Shown here piece by piece: positions 40,807-52,262 of a stretch of DNA of 64,000 nucleotides (positions are counted from its first letter, which is position 1; each line of letters starts with the position of its first letter). The DNA lies in NCBI GenBank assembly GCA_963845755.1, contig CAWJTV010000022.1, positions 96,001 to 160,000 on the forward strand. The letters run 5' to 3'. The notes under the pieces are model-generated. The model did no database searches and was not told the DNA's origin. It saw nothing but the letters and a program-made list of their open reading frames with translations. The DNA comes from an uncultured Planctomycetota bacterium (GTDB taxonomy: Bacteria; Planctomycetota; Planctomycetia; Isosphaerales; Isosphaeraceae). The position numbers and the translations under genes were made by a program.

Positions 40807-41355
40807 GGTGCACCTCGCTCTAGATCGGGGACAGGGTCAGCGGGTAATCTATCGGCAGGCTCCCCGGGTTGGACTCGCACCTCTATCTGGGGCGCGTCCG
40901 AAAAACGATTCCTCCGGGTGGGTCGCGACCAATCACGTCGATTGACAGGCCACCTCGGAAATCGGGATCGTCCGTGGGGTCGAATTTCACGGTCAGATCG
41001 GCGGCCTGTCCCGGTCCGATGTTAGTTGACTGCTCCGCCACACTTAGGCAGGGACAACTCGTCTCGACCCTCGCCACCATCACGGGATGCGAGCCTGAGT
41101 TCCGCAGGGTGAGTTTCGCAATCGCAGACCGACCCGGGTCCAAGGTCCCGAGCGAGATCGGATCAGGGCTGATCTCGAGCGGAAAATGCTGACCCGTCGT
41201 GCTTGCTAACTTCGAATGGGGGGGGGGGGGGTATGCTTCGCTCTTGGTGAGCCGAGGAGCGAGAGGGCCGACACGGTGAGCATGAGGGCTGGCGGGAATG
41301 TGGCCCAGACGAGCACGCGATTAGAGAAAGACCTTTCGCTTGATGCACTCATCAT
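40803..41355 (-). CDS. DUF1573 Ig-fold protein (frameshifts at the C14 tract and ~40890)
   Basis: TM, then ISLGTL..LTLRNSGSHPVMVARVETSCPCL..IGPGQ. The reconstructed end overlaps the next start (GTGA). Confidence 0.7.
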
Positions 41356-41447
41356 GGGAACCCTCGTTGGGGGCGGAGGGAACCTGAATGACCCTGGATC
41401 GTATAGGCGTCGGGGCGGGCTGTCAAGGCCCTTCTTTCCAAAAAACT

Positions 41448-41573
41448 AGGGTGGCAAAAGTTGCTGGAGCTGCCCACCGGACCCCGATTCCCCGTAGGTC
41501 TGGGCAATATGGGAAACTGGGGCAGGCCCAAATGAGCTCGTTCGGGGCCGCTTCCAGTAACTTTTGCCACCCT
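41448..41573. mobile_element. Candidate 126-bp MITE / inverted-repeat element
   Basis: 21-bp inverted repeat AGGGTGGCAAAAGTTGCTGGA / TCCAGTAACTTTTGCCACCCT (1 mismatch). Confidence 0.6.
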
Positions 41574-41621
41574 GGAAAAAAATGGGCCGGCGGACGAATT
41601 CCAAGAAACGGAGGACGAACC

Positions 41622-43047
41622 ATGCCCTGGGATCCGTTCGGCGCATGGCCCAACGAACGTCGATGGATCTGGCTAACCATCGCCGGCTGGGTTCTTCTGT
41701 TGCGCGGGCCGGCGTTCGTCGAGAACCTCGAGGCGAAATCGCCGCAAGAGCTACTCCCGGACTTCTTTCAGGAATACGCCTCGGCTCGCAATGCGCTCGA
41801 AGGATTGCCGATCTATGGCGATCATCACGAGAGCGTGCGGCGCGTATCTCGGCGACCAGCTCAACGATCGACGATCGCATGTCGTCGTCAACGCCCACCC
41901 ACCGACCTCGATCCTGCTCGCCCTCCCTCTGGCCAGGCTCGACTTCGGCCATGCCTTCCTGACTTGGAACCTTGTTTCCCTCGCAGCCCTTGCGGCCAGC
42001 CTCTGGATCGTACAACGACAGCTCAAGATTCCCTTTTCGGCCTGGTCGTTTGCCCCTCTCCTGGCCCTCCTCCTTCTCTGCTTTCCCCCGTGGGAGCAAT
42101 GCCGGCTGGGGCAGCTCACCCTCATTCTCCTGCTGCTGATCACCGGCGCGTGGGCGGCGGAAAGGTCGGGGTGGCCGCGGCTGGCTGGAATGCTTCTCGG
42201 CGCAGCGACCTGCATCAAGCTGTTCGCGGGCTTCCTCTTCATCTATTACGCGCTGCCGGGTCGCTGGAAGGTCGTTGTTTCGGGCCTGCTGACCATCGCG
42301 GGCCTGACGGCGCTGACGGCCGCGATCCTCGGAGTCGAGGCATATCGGAGCTACTTCCTCACCGTCCTGCCTGAGATCCAGTGGTTCCGGGTCGGCTGGA
42401 ACAACAACTCGCTCTGGGGGTTCTGGAGTCGGTTGTTCGATCCCGCGCCCGAGCACGGTCGGGACCGGTCGCTCTCCGAGCCGCTGATTTACAGCCCGAT
42501 CTTGGCCAGGGTCCTGTCGCTGGTCTCTTCGGCCGTGATTGTCGGCATTCTGGCCTGGGCGGTGCGCCGCGACGAGAAGAGGCTCTCGGCGCGTGAATCC
42601 AGAGTACCCCCTCACCCGGCCTTCGGCCGACCTCTCCCCGAGGGGCGAGGTGAAGATCTCAGAGCCTCCCATGGTCTGCAAAAAGATCTCACGTTCGCCT
42701 TGGCGGTCACGGCGATGCTGTTGGTCTCGCCGATCTGCTGGGAGCATTACCTGCTGCTCATGCTCGCTCCGCTGGCGATTATCTGGGTGAATCTGCCCGC
42801 CTCACGGTTCGCGCGAACGCTGTTCTTGACGATCGTGGCCGCGTTCTGGCTGGGGTATCCCGTGACCTGGACGGCCTTCGGCCTCAACGGGCGAATGGCC
42901 ACGCCGGTCGACTCTCTGGGAATCCTCTCGTACCAATTCTATGCCCTGCTGACGTTCTTTGCCCTCACGCTGATGATCTCGCGGCGTGGAAACGATCCGG
43001 GGCCCTCGCCTTCAGCAACGACCCGAGTCCACTCCACTGCGCCTTGA
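41622..43047 (+). CDS. Glycosyltransferase family 87 (DUF2029) membrane protein (frameshift ~41840)
   Basis: DFFQEYASAR, NAHPP, GQ, IKLF, NNSLWG and SPICWEHY motifs. Confidence 0.85.
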
Positions 43048-43269
43048 TTTCTTGTAACGGTTCAGTCCCCACCTTGTCCCAGTCAGTGCGGAGCCGGCAG
43101 GCCGGACCGATGAGCGGCGATCGCGTCAACCAGGTAATATTCCTGCGCTTCCCTGGTGAATCTGTTCGATCATTCTCCCGGCCACTTTGCGATCTCTGTG
43201 GTGAGGAATGGCGGTTAACCCTCGTCAAGTGACCGCCGGGCCGGCACCGCGGAATCGATCGAGGCTCCA

Positions 43270-44223
43270 TCACGCAATCGGCTGATACGTGCTGCCCCGC
43301 AGCGAGTCCAGCAGCTTCTTGGTGGCACGGATCCCGTCGGGCTCGCTGAGCCGGCCGCCTTCGTACTCGATCCCCACGAAGCCGTGATAGCCGGCATCGG
43401 TGACGATCTTCATGATCCGGGCGAAGTCGAGCTTGGTCTCTTTCCCGGAATCGTCGAAGTCGTAGCTTTTGGCCGAGACGCCCTTGGCAGAGGGCATCAT
43501 CCGGGCGATGGCGTCGTAGATATCGATCGAGTACTTGCCCCCGGACTGCGGGAAGTTGCCGAAGTCGGGCAACGTGCCGAAAGTCGGCTTGTTCACGGCC
43601 TTGATGAGGGCCAGCAAGGCGTCCGGGTTGCTCGACGGACCGCCGTGGTTCTCGCAGATGATCTCGATGCGGTGCTGCTCGCCGTACTCCGTCAGCTTGC
43701 CGCAGGCCTCGGCCACGCCGCCGACATCAGTCGGGCTGTAGTGATTGCCCGTGTTGACCCGGATCGCGTGGCAGCCAAGAGCCGCAGCCGCGTCGACCCA
43801 CTTCTTGTGGTTATCCACGGCTTGATCTCGCTTCGCCTGATCGGTCGCACTCAGGTCCCCCTCGCCATCGATCATGATCAGGACGCACGTGACGCCGACA
43901 TCATTGGCCCGCTTCTTCAGGTCCTTGAGGTATTCCGAGTCATGGGCCTTGTCCTTGAAGAACTGGTTGACGAATTCAACCCCCTCGATGCCGTATTCCT
44001 CGCGGGCGATCTTGGGAAAGTCGAGGTTGTTCAGCTTGTGGGCGAACAGGGCCTTGTGGAGCGACCATTCGGCCAGCGAGATCTTGAAGTCGCCGATCTT
44101 CCCGGCCTCGGGCTTGCCGGTCTGCTCGGCGGACAGGACGCTACGAGTGCCGAGGCTCAAGAGGGCCCCACCGGCGATCGCTCCCTCCAGGAACATCCGA
44201 CGATTCAATTGCGCGTCGTTCAT
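43270..44223 (-). CDS. Tat-exported sugar phosphate isomerase/epimerase (xylose isomerase-like TIM barrel)
   Basis: Tat signal LNRRMFL. ISLAEWSLH, ENHGG, LPDFGNF and GIEYEG motifs. Confidence 0.9.
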   Translation of the reverse strand: MNDAQLNRRMFLEGAIAGGALLSLGTRSVLSAEQTGKPEAGKIGDFKISLAEWSLHKALFAHKLNNLDFPKIAREEYGIEGVEFVNQFFKDKAHDSEYLKDLKKRANDVGVTCVLIMIDGEGDLSATDQAKRDQAVDNHKKWVDAAAALGCHAIRVNTGNHYSPTDVGGVAEACGKLTEYGEQHRIEIICENHGGPSSNPDALLALIKAVNKPTFGTLPDFGNFPQSGGKYSIDIYDAIARMMPSAKGVSAKSYDFDDSGKETKLDFARIMKIVTDAGYHGFVGIEYEGGRLSEPDGIRATKKLLDSLRGSTYQPIA

Positions 44224-44261
44224 CGAAGTCATCTCCCAGGAATGTGGACAGGATGCGAAGC

Positions 44262-45085
44262 TCACTCGTAGGCAATCTTCCGCTCATCAAGGAGTCCCTT
44301 GAGGGCGGCCACGGCGTCGGCGAAGCGTTCGGGGCCGGTGAAGCCGTGCGACAGCTCGGCGATGACGAGGTGCGGCTCGAGGACGCAGAACCCCTCGTAA
44401 CCGCGGTTCACGGCGTCCTGGAGCAGGCGAGGGATCTGGCCGTCGCCGGCCCCGGCGGGCACGTTGCGTTCCCGCTTCGGGTCGTAGTCCTTGACGTGGA
44501 AGTGTTTGACGAAGGATCGCAGCCGGTCCCAAGCCTCCTCCACCGGCTGGCCAACCTCCACGTAATTCGCCGGGTCGAACGCATGCTGGAGCGCCGGAGA
44601 GTTCACGGTCTCGAGGACGTCGGCGACGCGGTCCGCCGTGTCGCCGTAGATCCCCTTTTCGTTCTCGAGGAACAGGGTGATGCCGCGGCCGGCCGCGCGC
44701 GAGGACAGCTCGGTCATCCGGCCGACGACGGCCTCGCGATGCGCGGCCGGATCGTCTCCGGGGGGGATGTAGAAGCTGAAGACGCGAATCCGGGCGCCTG
44801 GTAGAGCTCCGCCAGTTCCATCGCCCGCTCGAAGCGCTGGAGGTGCTCGTCGAAGGGCTCGGTGATCCGGATCTTGCCGATCGGCGAGCCGATCGCGCTG
44901 AGACCGAACCCGCGCGCGAAGAGCAACTCGCGAAATGCGGCATGCTGGGAATCGGAGAGGTCCAGGACGTTGGTGCCATGGATGGCGCGGAACTCGATGA
45001 ACTGGATCCCCTGTCGGGCCAGGACATCGAGCTGCTCGTGAGGATCCTGTGAGATCTCGTCGGCGAAGGCACTGATGCGGATCAT
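44262..45085 (-). CDS. Sugar phosphate isomerase/epimerase (frameshifted)
   Basis: ISAFADEIS, IGSPIGK, ENEKGIYG, FDPANY, HVKD and LEPHL motifs. Confidence 0.85.
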
Positions 45086-45268
45086 CGATCGCTTCCCGGA
45101 AGCTGGATCGCGAGGCAGGCAGGGCTCAAGTTGGGACATCATAACAGATCGCGGGAAAACCGCCAGGCGCTGGTGGCCGCGTGGGCTCGCGTCGGGTAGG
45201 ATACCGAATAGAGCCGTTGGGGATCTCCCGCTTCGAGTCCGTATCGTCTTGTTCCTGGTTGCTCGGCG

Positions 45269-45763
45269 ATGTCGACACTGATCTGGCCGCTCCTGATTTA
45301 CTGGCTCGTCCTGTTCGTCGTCTGCTTCATCGTGGTCGAGGTCGGCCACGATCAGCTTTACGACGAGGTCACGCGGCATGCCGGCCTGAAGGTGACCGGC
45401 GGCTCGTTGCTGATCGCCATCCTTCTGACCTGGCTGCGTTGGATGGGCACCCCGGCCTCGTACGATTCGATGTTCACCGCGAATATCGGGTGGACCGTCC
45501 TCCAGGGACTGGTGTGGTTCGGCGTGTTCACGCTGATCTTCCAGTTCCATCCCTGGCATGCCTTGGGAGTGGGGATCGCCACAATGCTCCTGGTCACGGG
45601 GCTTGCGACGATGGGCGTGGACAGCGTGTTGACCAAGACCGTGGCCTCGCCGAAAGCGCAGCGGGCCACGGTTTCCGGCCAGCCGGTCCGGCAATCGGTC
45701 ACGCCGGCCGGAGGTGGCGGAGCCGGTACGTCCCCCGAGGCGGCCAAACCCAAGGCGCCTTGA
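45269..45763 (+). CDS. Hypothetical membrane protein (about 4 TM)
   Basis: Hydrophobic segments and a coherent ORF. Confidence 0.7.
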   Translation: MSTLIWPLLIYWLVLFVVCFIVVEVGHDQLYDEVTRHAGLKVTGGSLLIAILLTWLRWMGTPASYDSMFTANIGWTVLQGLVWFGVFTLIFQFHPWHALGVGIATMLLVTGLATMGVDSVLTKTVASPKAQRATVSGQPVRQSVTPAGGGGAGTSPEAAKPKAP

Positions 45764-45889
45764 TCAGGAGGACGCGCGAGGCGATTGCGACGGATCAACT
45801 TCCGCGCTTCCACGCGCCCGAGCCGGGCTCTTATCTCCGCCACATTCGGCGCGGGTGGTCCCGCACGATGATTCAATACGAAAGGGAAA

Positions 45890-46267
45890 TTGGCCGTGCG
45901 TTACATCACTCATGAGTTTGCCCATCCCGAAACGCTCGATCGCGCACATCGCTGGCTGATTCAAGCGGGGTTCGATGAGGGCCGGATCGAGGTGCACCAC
46001 CAGGGCACTCCTCGGATCGCGGTGGCCGTGGAAGCGGGAGAGGCGGCCGTCGTGGAGATGGTGATCAACGCCGCGGAGTCGGGCGATCCGGACGGTCCGC
46101 CCAGCCTCTGGGACGTCGTCCGCCAGCACCATATCCATCCCCAGGGGGACAAGCCGGCCGAATCCGGTGCGCCGGAATCACACACGACCTCCTTCGTGGT
46201 GAGCTGGCACCCGGTCGACACCGAGCGCGACGTAACCCAGGCGTCCACCGACGTTCCGGCGGAATAA
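45890..46267 (+). CDS. Hypothetical protein
   Basis: TTG start after GAAAGGG, protein-like composition. Confidence 0.55.
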   Translation: MAVRYITHEFAHPETLDRAHRWLIQAGFDEGRIEVHHQGTPRIAVAVEAGEAAVVEMVINAAESGDPDGPPSLWDVVRQHHIHPQGDKPAESGAPESHTTSFVVSWHPVDTERDVTQASTDVPAE

Positions 46268-46333
46268 TCGTTACCGGGGCGCCGGGATCGACAGCCGCTT
46301 CCCCAGGGGCTGAAGGCCCCGAGCCGGGGTCCT

Positions 46334-47126
46334 TCAGCGGGGAAGTTCCTCGAGGCATCGCATGACGAGCTTGGCCAGCCGGTCGGCGGCCTCGAGCGCC
46401 CGCTCGTGGAGCGTCCAGAAGTCCTTGAGGCTGGAGGGGCGATTCCAGATGGCTCGGATCGCCGCGCCAACGCGGTAGGTCCCCGATCGGGTCAAGAGCG
46501 CGGCGACCTCGCGCGGTAAGTCGCTCCGGGCGTCGTCGCTGATCGCGCGCACCGAGAGGAAGCGGACGTTTCTTTCGACACAGACGCCGGCAACGGCCGA
46601 GGATTCCATGTCGACCAGGTCGGCCTGGAAGGAGTCGTGGAGTTGCCGCTTCTCGGCCGCATCGAGGATGATCCGGTCGACGGTCAGCAACCGCCCTTGA
46701 TGGTGAGGAAACCCGTCGGCGAGCGACGCCGGCCCGGCAATGGCGAATCGCCGGCCTTCCGGGTCGATCACTTCAACGGGTAGGACCAGATCATTGCGGG
46801 CCAGCGTGGGATTCAGCGCCGGCGAAACCCGCAGAGATGATCCAGGAGGGTCGGTGGCCGTCGACGAGCAGCTCGGTCGCCCGCCGGGCCGCGAGACGCC
46901 CCGCGCCACCGATCGCGACCGCAACGATCTTCCCTTGATGTTCCCCCTCGACCACCGACAACGACGCGGCCTGGTACTTCCGGACGCGCCGGAGATTGTC
47001 GATCACGTCGCCGACTTCCAGGGGCAAGGCCGCGACGATCCCGACATCGGCCGCGACCGGCGCCGGCGCCACGATCCGCGCGCCCCGCTTCTCCGAATGG
47101 ACTCCGTCGGTCGAGCCTGGGCTCAT
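46334..47126 (-). CDS. hpnG: Nucleoside phosphorylase family protein, hopanoid-associated (HpnG-like; frameshift ~46815)
   Basis: GIVAALPLE, ISAGFAG, VDMESSAVA and VRAISDD motifs. Directly downstream of hpnH. Confidence 0.75.
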
Positions 47127-47127
47127 G

Positions 47128-48129
47128 TTATCCCAGTTGCCACTGGATCATCTTCAATGTGTCGCCCAGGCGGCGGTTGACGCCCACGGCGGCCCCCGTC
47201 TCGTAGCCGACGTGCACCATGCAGTTCTCACACCTGGGGTCCTTCCCGTAACCATAATCCTCCCAGGCGGTCTTGTTCAAGAGGTCCGAGAAGCTCTCGT
47301 GGTGCGTGTCCGTGATCAGGTAGCAGGGGCCCTTCCAGCCCTTGATGTTCCGGGTCGGGCTGGCCCAGGCTGTGCACTGCATCTCGCGCTTCCCCTGGAG
47401 GAACTCCTGGTACATCGGCGAGGAGTGGAAGCGGTACTTGCGGAACATGGCCTCGGCGGCGCGGAATTTGGCCCGGATGTCCTCGCGGGTCATGAAGATC
47501 TCTTTCGAATTGACTGCCGCGTAGCTGTAGGCGGGCGAGATGATGAAGCCGTCGACCCCGAGCGTCGTCAGGAAGGCGAAGAGCGAGTCGATCTCCGCCA
47601 TGTCGGTCTCCTTGTACACCGTGGTGTTGGTGCAGACGAGGAAACCCCCTTCCTTGGCCGCCTTGATGCCGTCGATGGCGGCGTCGAAGACGCCTTCCCG
47701 CTCGACCGCCAGGTCGTGGTTCTGCTTCATCCCGTCCAGGTGAACGTTGAAGAAGAAGGTGCGGCTCGGCCGGAATTGCTCGAGCTTCTTGCGGAGGAAC
47801 ATCCCGTGGGTGCACAGGATGACGACCTTCTTTCGCTCCTGGATCCTCGCGACCAGCTCGCCGATACCCGGATAGATCGTCGGCTCGCCCCCGCAGATCG
47901 AGACGACCGGTGCGCCGCATTCGTCCACCGAAGCGAGGCATTCATCAATGGTGAGCTTCTGTTTGATCGTCGATTCATATTCCCGGATCCGGCCGCAGCC
48001 GGTACACGTCAAGTTGCAGGCGTGCAGCGGCTCCAGCATCAGGACCATCGGGAACTTCTCGGCGCGAGCCAGCCGCTTGCGGGCGACGTAGCCGGCGATC
48101 CGAGTCGTCATCGGCAGCGGGAAAAGCAT
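47128..48129 (-). CDS. hpnH: Adenosyl-hopene transferase, radical SAM
   Basis: LMLEPLHACNLTCTGCGRI, GGEP, GPCYLI and DPRCENCMVH motifs. Adjacent to shc. Confidence 0.92.
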   Translation of the reverse strand: MLFPLPMTTRIAGYVARKRLARAEKFPMVLMLEPLHACNLTCTGCGRIREYESTIKQKLTIDECLASVDECGAPVVSICGGEPTIYPGIGELVARIQERKKVVILCTHGMFLRKKLEQFRPSRTFFFNVHLDGMKQNHDLAVEREGVFDAAIDGIKAAKEGGFLVCTNTTVYKETDMAEIDSLFAFLTTLGVDGFIISPAYSYAAVNSKEIFMTREDIRAKFRAAEAMFRKYRFHSSPMYQEFLQGKREMQCTAWASPTRNIKGWKGPCYLITDTHHESFSDLLNKTAWEDYGYGKDPRCENCMVHVGYETGAAVGVNRRLGDTLKMIQWQLG

Positions 48130-48227
48130 GAAGCTCGACCTCCTTGCTGGCCGGTCTCGCAGGGTGCTCGGTGAGCACCGGATTCGGCAACACAGGCTTC
48201 CGTCAGGATCGGTGCTCACAGAGCACC

Positions 48228-50257
48228 CTACAGATACGATAAAGGTTGGGCCGGGATTCGGGTCGCCAGCGCCGGCGAGGTTTGGGACCGTTCGCGCTCG
48301 ATGGCCGCCTGGTATCGCGCGAGCGCCATGAGGGGGAAATACACGCGATAGTAATGGTAGCGGAGATAGAACACCCGAGGGAATCCGGTGCCGGTGAACG
48401 GGGCTTCGTCCCAGGAACCGTCGGGCTGCTGGACCTCCAGGAGGTAATCGATCCCGCGGCGTACGGCCGCACTTCGGGCGCGGCCTGCGGCGACGAGCCC
48501 GAGCGTCGCCCAGGCGGTCTGCGACGGTGTGGGCTCGCCCGTCCCTTTCAGTGCGGGGTCGTCGTAGCTCTGGCAGGTCTCTCCCCACGCGCCCGAGGGC
48601 TGCTGGGTCGACTCGAGCCAGGCCACGGCCCCGAGGATCCTCGGATGGTCCATGGGGAACTCCATGGCGGCCAGCCCCTGCAACACCTGCCAGGTGCCGT
48701 AGATGTAATTGACCCCCCAGCGGCCATACCAGCAGCCTTCCGGCTCCTGAGTGCTCCAAAGGTAGTCCAGGGCTCGGCGAATGGCCGGATGGTCGTCGCG
48801 ATAGCCCATGGTGCCCAGCAACTCCAGCACGCGGGCGGTGATATCGGCGCAGCTCGGGTCGAGCATCGCGTTGTGGTCGGCGAAGGGGAGCTTCGTGAGG
48901 ACCTGATTGTCGATATCGACGTCGTACGCGGCCCAGCCCCCGTCGCGATTCTGCATCGAGAGCAGCCAATCGACGCCGCGACGGGCCGCCGCAAGGGCGG
49001 CCGGGTCATCGGCCATCGGCGATCGCCTCAGCGCGAGGACCACCATCGCGCTGTCGTCGAGGTCGGGGTAGAACTTGTTGCGAAACTGGAAGTGCCAGCC
49101 GGTCGGCTCGACGCGCGGGCCGCGGATCGCCCAGTCGCCCGGACCACGGATTTCCTTCTCGAGCAGCCAGTTCACGGCGCGCCCCCACGCCGGATGCCCG
49201 GCAGGGAGTCCCGCGTCGGCCAGCGCGATCGTGGCGATCGCCGTGTCCCAGACCGGCGAGAGGCACGGCTGGACCCGGACCCGATCGTCCTCGGCGATCT
49301 GAAGATCCTCGAGCTGCCGCATGGCCCACGTCACCGTCGGCGAATCCAGGTCGTATCCCAGGCTTCGCAGCGCGATGATCGAATACACCATCGGCGGGAA
49401 GATCGCGCCCAGGCCGTCGGTCTCGTCGCAATGCTCCATCATCCAGCGGTGGGCCGCGTCGATCGCCGGCCGCCGCCACGACGCGGGCACGCGCCGGTCG
49501 AGCCATTTCAGGGCCCGGTCGAGCCCCAGGAAGAAGTTCGTCCAGGTAAACAACCGGGGCGTTCGGCGCGGAGGGCGGCGTCCGTCCTCGTGGAACAACT
49601 CCGCGATCCCACGATCCGGGCCCAGCGATCGGACCGGCTTGAAATACGACATGATCGACAGCGGCACGACGATCGTCCGCGTCCAGGCGGACATGGCGCT
49701 CGAGGCTGAAGCGCCACCGCGCCGGGATCCGGACCAGCTCCGGCGGGACGCACGGGCATTCCTCGTAGTCGATCTGTCCGAGCAGCGCCAGGTAGAACCG
49801 CGTGAAGCTGTTGCACTCCTGGGCCCCGCCGGCCTCCAGGATCGCCCGCCGTGCCCGCACCATGGCCGGCTCGTCCGGCGAATGACCCGTCAGCTTCAGC
49901 GCGAAATAGGCCTTCACCGACGCGCTCACGTCGGTCGGACCGCCCGGATAGATCGCCCATCCCCCGTCCGGGAGCTGATGGTCCCGGATGTATCGCGCAC
50001 ACCGAATACAGACATCATCCGATTCTCGTTCCAGAAACGTCATCAGCAAGATATATTCGGACTCGAGGATGGTATCTCCCTTCGAGCTCCGCGACCCAGT
50101 AGCCCTCCGGGTCCTGCCGCGCGAGCAGCCAGTCCCGGGTCCGCTCCAGGGCGGATTGCAGGACGTCGGGGGAAGCGATCCTCCGGCGCGACGGCCGGCG
50201 CGCGGCCGTCCGCTTCCAGGACTCCGCAGAGATGCCTCCGTCCGTGTTGGCGATCAT
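48228..50257 (-). CDS. shc: Squalene-hopene cyclase (frameshifted)
   Basis: QW repeats, SPVWDT, YPDLDDSA (DxDD), MQNRDGGW, GRWGVNYIYGTW and FTGTGFP motifs. Confidence 0.95.
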
Positions 50258-50590
50258 CGGTTCCCGGCCCTCTCCCTAGATTCGGGACTTGCTGATCCGT
50301 CCCCGCGACGACGAGAAACGGGGAATGGCACGTCGAAAAAACACGCCGCAAGACTGCGAGCGGTGCACATCCTACGTGCGTCATGCGGATTCGATCAAGA
50401 TCAAACTTCCCCAGGAATTAGGGGCAATTTCGAAGGTTGGCATCCGCAGTTGCCGTCAAAATTTGCCTATTTTGCGGGCAGCCATCGAAAGTGCGCCGAT
50501 CGTTGGGAGCTTCATAGACATGACGTCATGACGTCAGGTGAGGAAGGTTCCGGCACTTCGGAAGACAGCGGGCCGAACGACTCGAGGCGA

Positions 50591-52262
50591 TCAGTCGGTC
50601 GAGAGCGTCGGCTCGAGGCGGAATCCGTGCAGCACCGGTATGGAGCGGAGGATGGCGAGGACCCGGTCGCGGTCGGCGGCATCGAGGAGAGACCCGCGGA
50701 TCTCGAGGTGGTCGCCCTGAGCCTTCACGATGTCGATGTGGGCGAGATCGCCGATGTGGCGGGCCATCTGCGCGGTCAGGTAGGGCTCGATGTCCTCGGG
50801 GCGTCCCTTCTGGATCAAGGGGTTCGGATGGTTTTCATCCGGGACCAGAAACTCGAGGCGATCGACGACGTCGCGAACCCCGGGCGTCTGCTGGGCCGCT
50901 CGATAGGCGATCATGTCCTCGTAGGCCGAGGGGATCTGGCCGGTGAGCATCACGGTGTCGCCCGTGGAGCGGACCTTGATGGGCTGGCCAGCCAGGGCGG
51001 GGCGCTTCCGCAAGGAGTCCACCACCCGGCGCGACAGGCGTTGGTTATCCAGGGCAGTCACGCTGATCGCCGGGGGCTCGGCAGCCGGGACGTCGGCGGG
51101 GGGATTCGCGGGCGCGTTGGCGGCTGGTACCTCGGCGGGAGGGGGTGGAGGGACCGCGCCGGGTGCGACCTCCTCGACCCGTCGCGGCTTGACCTGGAGC
51201 GGTTCGGCGGCCGGTGCCACGACCGGCTGGGGCAAGGGGGGAGGCTCGTCTTGCCCGGCTACGGCGACGCGTTGCGGCTTGACCTGAAACTGGGTCACGA
51301 CCCGGGTGACTCCCGGGACGCTCCAGGCCGTCTGCTCGATCTCGCGAGCGGCTTCCTCGCTGCCGACCACGCCCCTGAGGAAGACCTGACCGGACATGTT
51401 AACGGTGATCTCCACGTCGCCCTTGGCGGGCGGCGGTTGGAACGGATTCCCTGCGCCGTCCTGGGCGACAGGAGGGTACCCGGCGCCGGCCGGGGCGGCC
51501 GACGGCCGCGGGGGCACCGGATAGGGGCATGGTACCCGCATTCGGGAGCCGCCTGTACCGCCACCATCGGGAAACGCCATGGGGTACGAGGCGGATGGCC
51601 CGGGACCGTTCGGAGCGGGGGATCGGTTCGCGGCCGGCGGGCCGGCGCCGTTGGGACCGGCCATCGGGAGCGGCAACCGATTACGCGACCAGGGAGCGAA
51701 ATTGACCAGCGGGGGCTCCATACCGAAGAAAGGATCATCCAACCGCCCGAACAGAGGCTGGGGGTAGACGTAATACGATGCCGACAGGTTCGGAGCCAGG
51801 GCCCCGTAGCCGGTCATCGAGGGCGTCGAGCTCATCGCCACCCGGAAAGTCTCGGCCGTGTCGATGACCAGATCGTCGCGGAACGGGTAGCCGCAGGCAA
51901 TCGCCAGTTGGACCGCCATATCGTGGACCTGCTTGGTCCCCACCCGTCCCAACAGGACGACGACGCCATCGCGCCAGACCGCCGCGATCGGATAGGGCGC
52001 CGTCAAGGGATTGGCCCGCAGCGCATTCTGGACGATCCACTCGGGCCGCCCCGGAGCACCCGCGCGGGCGTCCCGCGGCCTGCTCGCGCCGTTCGCATGC
52101 GGTCCGTACGCTATGGGCGTGCCCGGAGGCTGGACGCTCCCGGCCGGCCGCGGCGTGGCCGATGTCCCCGGGGCATACTGGCCCCACGCGAAGGAAACTC
52201 GCGGCGGCCAGGATCGCCAGCGCGCCGATAGACGACCGCACCACCCCTCGCCGCCGGCTCAT
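50591..52262 (-). CDS. Exported multi-BON-domain protein (frameshifted 5' part)
   Basis: Signal peptide, several BON motifs (VFLRGVV...VPGVTRV, VMLTGQI...TPGVRDVVDRL) and Pro-rich linkers. Confidence 0.8.

Noticed and set aside
47128..48969. 613-aa N-terminally extended HpnH
   Set aside because: The extension is an alternative frame of shc. The true start is near 48129.
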